Positions 13,700-27,585 of a DNA stretch of 64,000 nucleotides are shown here, piece after piece. Below the pieces are notes generated by a model. The model saw only the letters and a program-made list of their open reading frames with translations. It ran no database searches and was not told where the DNA came from. Positions within the stretch are counted from its first letter, which is position 1; each line of letters opens with the position of its first letter. Source of the DNA: the human T2T-CHM13v2.0 reference genome, Homo sapiens; NCBI RefSeq assembly GCF_009914755.1, contig NC_060936.1. One strand, 5' to 3'. A program made the position numbers and the translations under genes.

Positions 13700-14720
13700 C
13701 TGAGGTTCTTCAGCATACCTTCAGAAGCAGATGATCCATGGGAATTGACTATTAACCCAAGATTCTCAGAACAAAGAGTTGACTACACAAAGCAGACAGA
13801 TTCCACCCATGACCATTAGAACAAACTTTTTCTATGTCACACTCTCCTTTCCATTCCTGTCTTTACGGATTATCTCTCTTGTACAATTCCTGGCTCTTTC
13901 TTCCTATGTAGGAATTAGTTTCTTTAATGCCAATCCAGGAAAAGATTAATTGTTATGCAGAGTTATTAAGCCAATTCAAGGATATGACTCCCCAGTACCC
14001 TTGGATGGATTATGTCTCATTAGAGTCCTTTCTGGGAAAACAATAACTAGTGGAACAAATGCCTAAAAATATCAACCCCATCAACAGGACAGTCAATTGG
14101 ACAATTTGAACTGACAATTCAAAATTGTCCATGAAGATTTACCTCTCACTTTGGCTGATACAGTAAATAACACAGTCCAAGCCCTGGGGGAACAATTTAA
14201 TTTCCTTAACTCAAATAGTTATAGTTAACTGTTATAGCTATAGATAATACAATGGTGTTGTATTTTCTCTTGGCCAACCTAAACCATTGCTAACACTTCA
14301 CGCTATACCTGAACTAACATTACAGATGAAATGAAGCAACTTATATCTAAGCTAAAAAGAAAAAAAAAAGGCAGTCAAGCTACCTAGAGAAACATACAGA
14401 CTTGTTTTCTTGGTCAGGCCTCAAAAATCTTATGTCTTGGTACTGAAGTGCCTTCTTGTCCCTTCTTAAAATATTTCTTGTTATTCTTGTTTGTCTTACA
14501 GTCACTTAATGCTTATTGTCCGGTCTCAAATGCTTTTGCACAGCTATTGTCCCAGCAGATGGTTCAACAAATGATTCAAAGATAAAAAGAATATGAAATC
14601 ATGCTGATTGACACTTAAACTGAAAAGAGTTCTCTACACTGAAATCTCATCTTTAGGGAGAATCAACAACAGAGTTGAATGTCTGGATAATTCTTAATTA
14701 TTTCTCCTGAGTGAAGAGCA
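13700..14720 (+). pseudogene. env: Ancient ERV1 internal remnant with env TM subunit
   Basis: Translated pieces: heptad LPLTLADTVNNTVQALGEQFNFLNS (~14139-14213), ISU-like IDNTMVLYFLLA (~14240-14275), IANTSRYT*TN (compare IANTSCCTWIN), hydrophobic anchor AFLSLLKIFLVILVCLTV (~14450-14503). Confidence 0.7.
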
Positions 14721-14730
14721 AAAGTGAGAA

Positions 14731-15177
14731 CTAAGAATAAATAAGTTTCTACACTCATTGGAAAAGACTGATTGTTCTTTAGCCACAGTAACGAGTAGCC
14801 ACCACAACTGGTTTTAAATTCATTCAATCAATAAACTTGCCTCATTGAACATGCTTTAGAAGCTAGCCAATCAATGATAGTCCTTGTTCCTGAAGTAGCC
14901 AATTAGGAACTAATCAATTCCATTAAATGTATCCCTAGGGGCCAACCAAACAATGGTCATACCCAAGTAATCATACTTCTACAGATGACATTAGTCCAAA
15001 TATGCTTTTGAACATTTGCCAGTTCCTGAAGCCATGCTTCTCTAAAACCCTACAGAAGATCAATAGTTGGCTCTGCTTGTGCCTGATCCCAGTATAACTC
15101 CATTACAATAGTAAGTAAAAATTCAGCTTTGTCTTTTTATTTCAGTTACTGAGTGACGGTCTCACCATCCTTTGATA
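14731..15177 (+). mobile_element. Old ERV1 3' LTR (family unresolved)
   Basis: Follows purine-rich gagtgaagagcaaaagtgagaa; repeated (A)GCCAAT boxes; AGTAAA poly(A)-like signal; directly downstream of the env remnant. Confidence 0.6.
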
Positions 15178-15701
15178 CCCTTTAAGCTTCCCTTTTAATA
15201 AATGCAAAAATCTTTGGAAACTTTTTGCTTTAATACATTTCCCTAGATAGTACAAAAATATAATTTAATTACCTTTGTTACACTGAACTAATACAAATGT
15301 TTAGCTTTCAAATTAAAAAGTGGTATTGTGCTAATATCTATTCTTAAAAATAGCTAAACATTTTCAATTATAGAATCATTCAGGTCAGTGTTTTGTTGTT
15401 TTTTTTTTGTGGGGGGTGAATATTCTAGGGTCACAAATCAACCTAGATTTTATTCTGGCAAATTTCCTGAGTAATTATTTTTACACTTTTCAATTATGTG
15501 GTTTCACTCAGTTATAAGATTTTTTTTGTAGATGATGTGAAAATTCCTCTAAATCATATCTGCAATGTCAGCAGGATTCAGAGCACAGGAAGCAATGTCC
15601 TAAGCAGAATACTTGAGAAAAGATGGTTGAGCTTCCCTGGTTCTACCTTCACCTTTATCAGGCTTTACAAGACCGAAAAGAGCTCTTTCCCAATGCCTCA
15701 C

Positions 15702-15788
15702 CTCACAGGAATCAAGCATGCTGTGCCTCCAATAAAGCAGACAGTCATTTCATCTTCTGTGCATCACTGGCCTGGAGCCCAAGCATAC
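15702..15788 (-). other. Candidate alternative cassette exon of SLC41A2 containing a premature stop
   Basis: Acceptor ttctttagatag|, donor GAG|gtgagg; in phase 0 reads VCLGSRPVMHRR-stop. Prediction from splice motifs only. Confidence 0.4.
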
Positions 15789-17462
15789 CTATCTAAAGAA
15801 TTAACCATAAATATGGATTTAGAAAGGTGTCTCAATTTGAGACCTTACAACCTAAGCTATAATAGCATAATCACACATAACAAAAATGCAATCACGAGGC
15901 TGTTAAAAAATAATCTCAAAAATTCACCTGCTTTAACTTCCTATCTTAAGGTAAGCATATTGATCAACTCCAAAAGTTAAAGGAGCTGTTTTTACAGCTA
16001 GAAAAAAAATTCTAGGAACTATAGGCCCTCCCTTCATATCTCCTTTATCATTCTCTTTATACTTCTCCTTCAACCCAAGCTGACAGACAGAGAAACCAAT
16101 TAAGAGACAGAGGCAGAACAGTCACATAGACAAAATAAAGAGCTCCTACTTTCAGTTAGAATCTGGTAGAATTAAATCCTGAGGAGTGAGAAGAAATATG
16201 AAGATTAAGTAACCTGTTTAAATCTCCTGGTTGCTTAGGTTTTTCCTTTGAGATGCCATCTGGGAACAGGGTTTGAGTTAGCATCATGATTTAAAAAAAA
16301 AAAAAGACATAACTACATCATTTAATGAGGGCCTACTATGTGTCAAGTATTTAAATATTATAACTGCTGTGCAAAAAGGAAGCCTTATCATTTTATATGC
16401 AAAGAAAATAAGACTCCAAGGAATAAAGTAACTTGCCTGAGGCCAAGCTAATTAACTTGCTCAGCTACTGGGTAGTTATCCTGGGATTCCAATTATAGTC
16501 ATGTTGTTACCATATGGCTACATTCTTCCTTATCTAGAAAAGTGACTCCAAGGAATGGAGTAAGGTATCAGAATCAAGGTAGAGACTCTTAATGCTGGTT
16601 TCATAGGTTCTGATTGCTCCACTGCCACCCTAAGAGAGTCACTGTCCCAGTAATCCATAGCTATTGATGATGATGATGTTGATATTAAAAAATAAGACAA
16701 TAATGATGAAAATAATAGCACCTTAAATGCATCATTTCATCCTTATAACAACCCACAAGGTTGGTCTAGTCTTAGCCCCTTTATACAGGTGGGAAACAGT
16801 GCCTGAGCAGTGACTGCCTAGCTGATGCAGGTATTTGATGGTGGAAGCCAGAGCCCAAGCCCTATAAATTATCTCACACTGCATCAGAGGAATGTGTCAG
16901 ATCTCTCAAGTTTGTTGGGAGTGGAAAATAGTTGAAAATCACCACTCTATAGAATAAACTAAACTCTTTATCATCTGTTCTTTAAGCTCCTTGATGATCT
17001 TGCTACAACCTATAATTTCTAACCTTATTTTTCATCACTCCTTTTAACTCCAGGAAATTTCTGGCTGTTTTCCATAAATACCCTGAGTTTTTCTCATTTG
17101 CCTAATGCTACTCCTTTTAGCTGAAACGGCATTTTCTATGGATTCCAACAAAGCAAATTGTTATCCACTATAAAACTTCCTCCCCACATAGAAAAACCTC
17201 TCCCACTATTGAACTTCCATAGCAGTTTGTCCTTCTCTCAGAACATTCAGGAGATATTTATGTGCTTGGAATGGATTCCTACTTGACTTCAGTAGGCATT
17301 GATTCGGTATGGATCCTGTGGAATGAATATCCTTCTGGGGCAATATGCCTGGCTGGAAGAAGTTGAAGATCTAATGAAACCACAGAGAAGAGGCAGCTGT
17401 AAATCTTTAGAAGTTGCCATCCTAAAAACTATGATCCTCACTAAGAGCAAAACAAAGCATCA

Positions 17463-17753
17463 TTTTTTTTTTGAGACAGAGTCTTGCTCTGTTGCCCAGG
17501 CTGGAGTGCAGTGGCATGATCTCAGCTCACTGCAACCTCCGCCTCCTGGGTTCTAAGTGATTCTCCTGCTTCAGCCTCCACAGTAGCTGAGATTACAGGC
17601 ACAAGCCACCATGCCCAGCTAATTTTGTATTTTTAGTAGAGATGGGGTTTCACCATGTTGGCCAGGCTGGTCTCAAACTCCTGAGTTCAGGTGATCCATC
17701 CGCCTTGGCCTCCCAAAATGCTGGGATTAGAGGTGTGAGTCCCACACCCAGCC
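17463..17753 (-). mobile_element. AluS
   Basis: Full dimer. Confidence 0.95.
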
Positions 17754-17774
17754 CCAAACTTATTCTTATAAAAC

Positions 17775-17995
17775 ACAGTGGTTAGGAATGTAGACTGGAG
17801 CCAGTCTCCATCTTGCTGTGTGGACTTGGACAAATCACTTAACTTCTATGCCAACTGCCTCATCTGTGAATAGGAAATGATAACAGAACCTTCCTTACTG
17901 GGCTGTTGTGAGGACTCAATCAGTTCATATACATAAAGTGCCTAGAACATTGTATGGCTCATGATAAATACTATACAAATATTTGCCATTATTAT
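17775..17995 (+). mobile_element. MIR
   Basis: cttggacaaatcacttaacttct..ctcatctgtgaataggaaatgataacag..gttgtgagga. Confidence 0.8.
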
Positions 17996-20900
17996 TTTTG
18001 AAACTCATATGTAGATTGGAAAAGTGGCTCCAGTTCCAAGAGGGGAACTGTTAGAGATCAAAAACTTTCAGAAGAAACAATTTAGGTGAAGCATATAAAA
18101 TGGCTTATATATAAATGAAGCAGTACCATTTTCCTCTGAAAAGTTACAGATCAAGAGAAGATATAACTGAACACTATAAAATAATAAATCAAATGATGGC
18201 AGAGATAGGTGAATATACACTTTCTAGGTAAAGTACAGAGACAGTAGAACCAAGGAGTCCATCTGGAAACCTGAAGGAGATTGTTTTAGGTCAAACAAAT
18301 TTAAAAATTGATAGTGTCTAATAGATGAATTTAAAATTAGCTATTTAGACTTGGAATACAATTGTTTTCAGGAAAACAAGGTTTTCTGTATTGCCTGGGT
18401 TTTCTGGCTAATCCATACAAGCCAGTTTAACTTAATATTACTCTAGGAGTAACAACAGATGATTTTAATATTAATAGACTATTTTAATTGCCAGATTGTT
18501 TTAGTATTAACATATATTTTACTAGTTATGTACGACAATGGTTTTGTAACACATCATCTGTACTGTAGGAATGGCAACTCGTAAAATCATACATCATGAA
18601 TGCTGGATGGGATCTGAGTGATAGCTAGGGTCACTATACTTCCTAGTTTGCCTAGCTTAGTAATGGTTTATGCTTGCCACCTTAATTATTAACAGCTCCC
18701 CCTGTTAATTAAATCACAGAGGAAATTAAGTCACAGAGAGTGTTGTGACTTAGCAAAAGTCATAAAGTTAAGAAGGGGCTAGAATTAGAACCCATAAATA
18801 CTTATTCCTAGTCCAGGAGTCTTCCTATTAGACTGCATGGACTCACCAGTATTAAGACAATGGTGATGACCATGACGGTCAGGATTTGGGGCACCCGTAC
18901 ACATGAAATACAGAGTCTATGGGAGTAAAGCTCTTCTTATCCCAGAGGGACTTTCTGGGGTCAAAGGCTGAGGGATTCAGGGGATCCTTGCTTGTATATC
19001 TAAGGCTGGCCTATTTCCTTTCTCATTGTCCCTACTTGTGGGTTCTTGCTCAACACCTCCCTGGAATGGGAAAGGTTATGGGGGATATAAGGAATTTATT
19101 TTGGGATGTGTTGAGTGTGAGATGTCTCTTCAACATTTAACTGGAGATGTAGAACAGGAGTCCAGACTGGAGATATCAGTCTGGAAGTAAGCAATGAAAG
19201 CGTGGTATGTGAAGCTTAGGGCAGTCATCAGAGAATAAATAAGAAGAGTTCTGCAGTAAAGAACAGGGGCCAAAAGGAAGGTGAGTGGTAAGGAGATGAA
19301 AAGGGGCTCAGGGTATTGAATAACCAGCTCTAACACTGAGGGAAAGAAAAAAATGAGGCCCGTGACAATAAGCATGATAAACTGCAGCTACTACCATTAT
19401 TGGAAACTCACTATGTTCTAGGCACTCTAGCAAGTACTTTATATATATTTTCTTAGCCCTCATTTCTAACCTCTGATGTAGGGGAAAAATAAGGTTACAA
19501 GAGGTTAATAAACCTGACTATGGATACAAAATAAGTAGCAAAGAAGAAATTCAGACTCAAGAGTGACTCTGAAGACTGATATTTCTACAATGCTCTGCTT
19601 ACTGGGGGCCTATCTTTTGCCCTTCGTATGTGATGTCTGGATGACAGACAGTCTGGCTTGCATTTTTCTTTTGTGGAAAAATTTATTTTTATGTCTTTGT
19701 AGTTAAGATAATAACACTGAATCATGTGAACATGACTTCAGAATGAAGATACTGTCAATGCTCCTTTTGGTAAGTATGTAGAGGTCACTGGCTGTATTTC
19801 TGCTCCAAGCATGTTCTACTGGATGAGAAATGGAACATTTTTGCTCTTAGTCTGCACTGTTAGTGTCGTAGGTATATTCACATTACAAACACATGTTCAA
19901 CAACCAGGAGCTCTGGTTATTTATAAAACAGAAATACTTATTAGGAAGTTTATTAGTTAATATACTGGTTATAAGTTTTGTCATGAGGGGCATTTATCTG
20001 GGCTTGGGCTTTGCTGAGAACAAGTTTTTTTCTTGAGAATATGAGTCTGTTGGAAAATATGAGATGGTGCAATTTGCATGTATGCATAAAATTCAAAAAC
20101 AAGTATTGCCTAGTGAAAGTAATAGCAAAAACTAACTAGACTTTTGTTTTTAAAATTATATTAATAAAAAGTATAAACATTACTATTTTGCTAAAAGCAG
20201 TTTCATATTTGTTGATACTGAATTTCTCAGTGGTTAAAACTTATATTGTCTGATCTCCTTCCTCCAAAAAGAATCTATTAAAGCACTTTCAAAGAGTGAA
20301 AGTTAGGCATAGGCACAAAATTTAATTTATTCTGAAGTTACAGAGGAAAAAGACTGTATTGTTATAAGGAAGTAAGTCTTGGGTTCTTCTCTGGCTGTTT
20401 CGTGCATTTCAATCTAATCTACAGCTAAGAGAAGATTCTTAAGGGCAGGGACAATACCTTTTATTTCTTTTGTACAGTGACTACCACAGTAGTTGGCACA
20501 CTATATGTACTATATACTTGACAAAATCCTGATATTTACAATTCTCAACTTTATGTATTGAGAATTTGTTGCCATTCTACCCTTTAAAGGAAACATTTTG
20601 TTTCTCCCATGTGAAAACAGACATAGCCAAAGGCAAAGTTTTTCTACAACTAAGCTTTCAAAATAAATTTCCCATGGAATTTGGTGCTGTTAGAATTTTA
20701 GTAGAGTTCTTAATAATCTAATTTTCTGTAAGAAACAATAATTGCCTAAAATAGAAAATTCAACATTTCATTTAGAAATAGTTTAAATTCATTGTTACTA
20801 ATAATATTAACAAATACCTTGTTGGAATTCAATAGAATAGGGCTATTGAATTTAAAGGCTAGAGAAGTCTCATTTTTCTTTTTCCACTGGGATACTTTAT

Positions 20901-21084
20901 AGCAGAAAAAATATTTATATACTCCATATATACATAATCATCATAATAAAACAGAAAACCGTTAACAGTAAAACAAAAGGGGTTATTGTTGTTTTTAATC
21001 AAATGAGTAAAATAGTGGATAAGAATAATGAGATTTGAATAGTAATAGACTTATTTACATTTGTGATCACCCATCTAATTATAG

Positions 21085-21413
<329 letters not shown>

Positions 21414-23029
21414 TCTGCTTTCAGTTTTTCTAGGGGCAATCTTTTTGCCTCTTATAGGATGTGTCATCCAACAGATGACATGTTTATGTTTTTGTTTTTT
21501 CATAGAGGATATATATTTAGGATTTCTAATACAAAGGGGAACAACTAGTAGAAGCCTTAAATTAAATAGGGAAACAAAGATGTACTGCTGTTCCTTCTTT
21601 GCTCAATAGATTGTCAGTATGCTTATTTAACTGATAGTTTTCTTTGTACCTTCTCAGGTTTATTATGCTGTCAAGGGACTAGCCTTTGAAGAATACCGTA
21701 GGGCGTAAGGCAAACAAACAGAAAACCCTGAAGATGACAGTAAGATTCCCTTCGTTACATCTTAAAAGGAAGGCCAGCAATGCCCATCCAAACTTGGAAT
21801 CCCATATTATGCTTTTGAGTTCATAAGTTAACAGGCTTTGAGCAGTCAATGGAGCATCCGAGTAAGTAGATGTGAAGGCTGGGAGAATCACTGCTTAGAG
21901 AGAAAGAACCCAAGAAACATGTCTAAGTTTGTGGAGGAAAGTATACTCTGCTTCTATGAAATCAAAGCTGTGGGTTCAATGTGCTAGTTTAACATAAATA
22001 AAAAAATTATATTCTAAAACAAACAATTGTGCCTTAAGCACACCTGGTAGTCTCATAAATGCTGACTGATGGTATAAAAGGTATAACGGATCAAGATGGT
22101 TAGCTAGATACCAACTCATCCTTACTGTTGAAGAAAAATAAACTCAAAAAGCAATGTGATTGGTGGTATGTCAAATAGGAATGTCTCTTAGCACATTACT
22201 CTGGTCTTGATATGGTCTAGCTACTCTGATTGCTCTTGGGGACTGGGCAAGAACATGAATAGAGTATAATCCATCACATCTTCTGACTGTGGTCCAGTGG
22301 CCTAAACATCACATAACAAAACCACATTTGATAGCTTCCTTCTAATTGCAAGACACATAACAAATACCACCAAACAATGTAATTTGTCACATGTAAGTAG
22401 TTTTTCTTAAATTTAAAAAATAATTTCAAAAAATGGCTAAGGGCAAAATAAGAAACTAACTCAGCCATTCCAATGCCAAAGAATTTCAAATTTAAGTTGG
22501 CTTTTTACTTTTCATTTGAAGTAAGAAATACCCATTCAGCTACAAGACCAAAATTGAGAGATGATATACTCTGAAAAAAAAATCTTATACTAACATCTAA
22601 AATCTGAAAGTTTTATTTTAAAAACTCCTTATTAAGGAAAACTTCAAACATATACAAAAGTAGAATAGTATAAATTAACCCCACTCACTCTCAGGAACCA
22701 TCACTCAGTTTCATCTATTATCAACTCATGACCAGTTTTACCCCTCCACTTCCACTTCCCCAGAAATCAAGTTATTTCATCTCTAAACATTTCAGTAAAA
22801 CCTTACAATTTTAACTGATCACTGTTAGAAGTTGTGGGGTTCTGTGTTTCATTTTTAATTGTTTTTATTTTGGATACCTATGTCAGTGAGGAAACTGGTG
22901 TTTATTGAAGACAAGGAGAATAAAAAATCTAGGTTTTTTTTTTTAGTTCTTCTGTGATTTCTTGTACCTAAATACAGTTATAAAATTTTCTCCTCCTTCC
23001 ACTGAAGGAGATGGAGCTGGCAAGATACA

Positions 23030-23290
23030 GTCATTCAGTTTTAACAAGCATTAATTGAGCACTAGGGACAGGGCTGGGTGCTGGAGATACAAAAAATGAG
23101 TAAACAAAGATCCTATTTCTAGAATGGATGAGACAGACACAATAAATATTATAGATAATGTCGATATAATATGGAAAATGCTAAGATAATGGTATTCACA
23201 GGGTACTTTGGGAAATAGAGAATAAGGCAATTCAGAGGAAATCAGATATTCAAGAAAGGCTTCCAGGAAGAGATGACATCTGAGTAAATG
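23030..23290 (-). mobile_element. L2 3' fragment
   Basis: cattcag..aacaagcattaattgagcacta..gaaaggcttccaggaagagatgacatctgag. Confidence 0.7.
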
Positions 23291-26082
23291 CAAAAGTGCT
23301 GCAAATGATTGTTACTATGTCATTATAATAAGTGCAATATGAAGGTTCCTTCAAATAGATTTCCTTCATTTAGTGGGTTGGGGAATTAGCAGGGAAGCTC
23401 CTCAAAGAGTATTAGTCTGTGAAGTGTGTAAAACAACAATAATTTATAAAACCAGCCACTATATCATGTCCTGTGGGGAATACCAAAGGGAAAGGCATGG
23501 TCTCAACCCTCAAGAAGGTAGGAATGTAGATGGGGAGAAATTCAGCATGCATTGGAAAACTGCACTATAGAATATCCAATCAAATTAGAGAGTTTAGGGA
23601 TGAGAAGAGTGGCATGAACTAAAATATTTGAATAAGAGCTTGGACCAAGGTTTTGAATATAAATTTAACCTAGATCAAAAAAGGAAGACAATCTAGTAAA
23701 GAATATTAAAAGGTAAGTTTTAAGTGGTGAAAGATTCTTTGTCTTTAAGGAGTTATTTCTTCATTCTGTTCATCTTTGGATTGACTGAAGCCAGGTGGGG
23801 AAGGTCAAGATCTTTTACCTAAACCTTAAAGAGGTGTGTGTGTGCATGTGCTTATGTGTATGCTAGTGTCAGAACATGAAGATTTGATCTAAGAATTTAC
23901 AACCTATCCTAAGCTATTCCATTAGAATAATGCACAATGTCAGGCTGCAAATGCAAAGGTCTACTCTGGCAGATATCTGATTCTTGGGGGAAAAATGAAA
24001 AGCAAAGCCCATAAAAATTAAAGTTATAAAAGACACATAAGAAAATTCAATCAACAGTATAGTTTCCAGCTGTCCTTCTGAAATCAATGACACACCATTT
24101 ATAATACTATCTTTAATAACAACAACAATAGCGTCAGCTAACACTTATATAGCATCTGCTATAAACACACTTTATATAAATAATTCATTTAATCCTCAAA
24201 GCAGCCTGTCTGGTAGATAGTACAACCTCTCCCATTTTACAGAGGGGGTAACTGAGACACAGAGAGACTAATAATTACTCTTTTCTCCATTCTAGTTATT
24301 CAGCTTTCACTGGTGAGACTTTAGATCAGAGGTTTAAAAGGCATGTAGGTACACAGTGGATATATGTTGAAATCTATTTTTAATAAACTAGAAAAATTAC
24401 TTATATCCTTCATTGACTTAAGTGAAATGCTGCATGATAGTATAATGGCACAGAACCATAAACATAAATGTCAAATAATCCATGAGGCTAAGAGGTAGAG
24501 TTGCAAATAGGAATATGCTCCAGCAATGGCTTGTTTATCAGCAAACCAAACACTAGTCTCTGAATATTTCCCCTGGGATTGAAGAATGCATCTTTTTCAC
24601 AATAGTTACACAGAGAACAGCATCAAACATATATGACAATAAATGACCATATAATATACAGCAATAAAAGTAGCAATTTGCTATAAGTTTTGTCCCTACT
24701 GAACTATAGAAAAATATTACTCCCCAGGTAGAGGTACTTCCTTTTCCTTTCAAACTCTGAAAGCACTTCATATATAGCTAAACTCAGTACTTACATTATA
24801 GTACATTATAATTATTTTTTCGTATAGTGGCCTTCCCTCTAGACTACGAGACCTTGAGCACAGAGTCTGAACTTATTCCTCCTGGGATTTAAAAGCCATC
24901 CCTCCATCTAGTAGCATGAAGGTTTACTGGATGAATAAATTAATTAATTATTCGATAGGTGACTTTTAGTAAAATCTAAGGCACTATAAAGCATAATAGA
25001 CAAGTTAAAAATGTCAAGTTGTAAGGGTTTTGTTATTTTAAGGATAGATTCTAATTTCCCTTGCATTTAAGGCCTTTTCTATACCAGCCCTAATCAACCT
25101 TCTTAACCTTATCTTGTCTGTTAGATCCTATATATGAATTATTTTATCTTGCACAAGCCCTGTGCTTTCTCACCTCTATGTTTTAACTCAGTAATCTCCA
25201 AAAAGCTTTAGATTATGCAGCTCTCTCAGTATAAAATATTTGGTATACTTATTTAACATTGTGCTAAAATATATTTATTACTAAGCAAACACAAAAATAG
25301 AAGAAAACAGATATTTTAAACAAATGAAGTTTTAATCTTTTCTTCCTCCACACGATGCATTGCTTTGTATGTATCCCACTTTGAAAATCGCTGATTTATA
25401 TCAAAAGAACAAATATCATAGCATTTTGTGAGAATTAAATGAATCAATACATATAAAGCACTTATAATGCTTCTGAGCATATAGGAAACACTATACATGC
25501 CAACTAATTTCATTACCATCATTATCATCAATGTAGTTTCTTTTGAGTGTAATAATGTCTACATACCTACCTTCTAGCCTCCTTCCTACACGCCAAACTC
25601 CTTGAAAGCCAAATGATAAATGTTATCTCTTCAAAGAACTATTTGAATCCATCTCTTAAGGGATTAGGACTTATCGCACTGAAGAAGGTACCAAATCTAC
25701 AAAGTTTAGCAAGAAGCCATGCCCAGGAAGCCAAAATAAAACTAGAACCATTGGTAAAAATTAAAGATGGGTTTATGGAAAATGATGCAAATGCAAAGAG
25801 ATATGATTATTAGCTCCATGGGAAAGAAAATATAAGAAAAGTAAATATAGCCATAGTGAAATTATCTGACTCTATAATAAACAATGTTTACATGAACCTA
25901 ATAATATAAATATTGATGACTAACACAAAATTGTTTATTGGTTTTAAGAAGATCAAATCAATATGAAGATGTTCAGTTGATTTTTGAAATGGTAAAATGT
26001 GTCATGTGTTTTTATATTTCCACAGTTGTACTTTTACAGCAGTCTCAGCATAAAAGAGATTTCAAGAAGTTTTAACTCTTAC

Positions 26083-26231
26083 CTGTAACACAGCGCCAAA
26101 TAAATACACTACTATGAAGATTATAGTTAAAGAAGTATGACCACTTTTCATCAAATGAATAGTGTAGAGGAAAATTAAATGTCCAGGAATCACTAAAAGC
26201 AGTAGAACTTGAGCAGACTTATTATTTACTC
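26083..26231 (-). CDS. SLC41A2: SLC41A2 internal (probably penultimate) coding exon, 149 bp: (G)[49 protein letters not shown]
   Basis: Acceptor ttatattacag|, donor CAG|gtaaga; phase 1 to 0; two hydrophobic TM segments; recognised as the SLC41A2 paralogue of the SLC41A1 VNSRSARVLFLLVVPGH region. Confidence 0.96.
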
Positions 26232-26612
26232 CTGTAATATAAAATGTAAAAGTAATTAAAACAAAATTATATTTTGGTTAATAATAGGTCATAGTTATTA
26301 AAATTTGAGGATTACTTTCTAGTTACTATACTTCATACTATCACATGAAATTTGATTGCCAAAAATAAATTTCAAGTAGTTACAATTCATTTCATTCTCT
26401 GAAATTTCCACTATATATGTTAATTAAATGAAAGGTGGTTGATAAAAACTTGCTATGAAGAACATCGGTCACACTTTAATATCTATCATAAAAACAGAGA
26501 AAATATAAAGTTCTTACAGTACAAGAATGTTTTAATTTTATTAATTTCTTTAGAATTCTATCACTGGTATTAAAAGGGTAGCCATTCTGATCTTCATTCA
26601 AAGGTCAATAAT

Positions 26613-26917
26613 GGCCACGCACAGTGGCTCACACCTGTAATCCCAGAGCTTTAGGAGGCCAAGGTGGGAGGACTGCTTGAGGCCAGGAGTTCAAGACCAG
26701 CCTGGGCAACACAGTGAGACCTCATCTCTACAAAAAATAAAGATAAAAAAAAATTAGCCAAGCAAAGTGGCTCGTGCCTGTAGTCCCAGCTACTCAGAAG
26801 GCTGATGTGGGAGGATCACCTGAGCCCAGGAGTTTGAGGTGCAGTGAGCTGTGATGGTACCACTATTCTCCAGCCTGTGCAACAGAGCAAAGCCCTGTCT
26901 CAACAACAACAAAAAAT
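26613..26917 (+). mobile_element. AluJ in the 1222-bp intron
   Basis: Dimer; flanking repeat aaa(g/a)gtcaataat. Confidence 0.92.
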
Positions 26918-27453
26918 TTTCTAAAACAAAAGTCAATAATCATACTTATTTTCATCAGGGAAAAAAAATGACAAGAATTGTGAAGTTTAAAATTGTGGTC
27001 TTAGTTTTTTGGTAATCATGTGCCTTTGTTTTTTCATAGCCACATAAATAATGCACTGTTCCTTGAAATCGAGTTTATCCCTTCTCAACTGGTTTGTTTG
27101 AGATCAAATGCCTACATTTAGAAAGGCCAAAATAATAATATAGATAAGATAGTACATCTGCCTCCCGAAATCACCTGGCAATTATTTTTTTTGTCTTTCA
27201 CAAAATAAGGTTTCTCTTTCACAACTAATAAGCAAGATACCCCAGAAAGAGGCATCAAAGAGAAACATTATACAAAGATCCTCAGCAACTGCAGACTTGA
27301 TACACATGCCTTTTCATTCACTGGGATTAGCTCTCAGAAATCGGAAAGTTGAGCAACTTTCACAAAACACATATTCAATAAATGTTGCCTGCCTATAATC
27401 TTAGAGAGCAATAGCCCTTGATCTAAAATATGCAAAAATCCATAAGCACATAC

Positions 27454-27585
27454 CTGGACCAAAGAAAGTTCTAAATGGGTAGTAACAACCTTTGGGTTCA
27501 TCAGGCAATTCTCCTGGAATGCTATGTAAATGGAGGTAGGTAGAAATCCTGCTAGCCTGAATGGCCACCAAATTACCACCAATAC
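27454..27585 (-). CDS. SLC41A2: SLC41A2 internal coding exon, 132 bp: (G)IGGNLVAIQASRISTYLHLHSIPGELPDEPKGCYYPFRTFFGP(G)
   Basis: Acceptor gtgtttcag|, donor CAG|gtatgt; phase 1 to 1. Completes the MgtE PX6GN motif (PVINGIGGN), followed by the conserved QASRIST. This frame is absent from the ORF track. Confidence 0.96.

Noticed and set aside
15498-15980. 160-aa + strand ORF
   Set aside because: GTG start, no recognisable homology, antisense to the host gene; likely chance.
21660-21900. Slightly GC-richer non-repeat block with a forkhead-like GCAAACAAACA
   Set aside because: No coherent exon or ORF; a single motif is not enough to call an enhancer.
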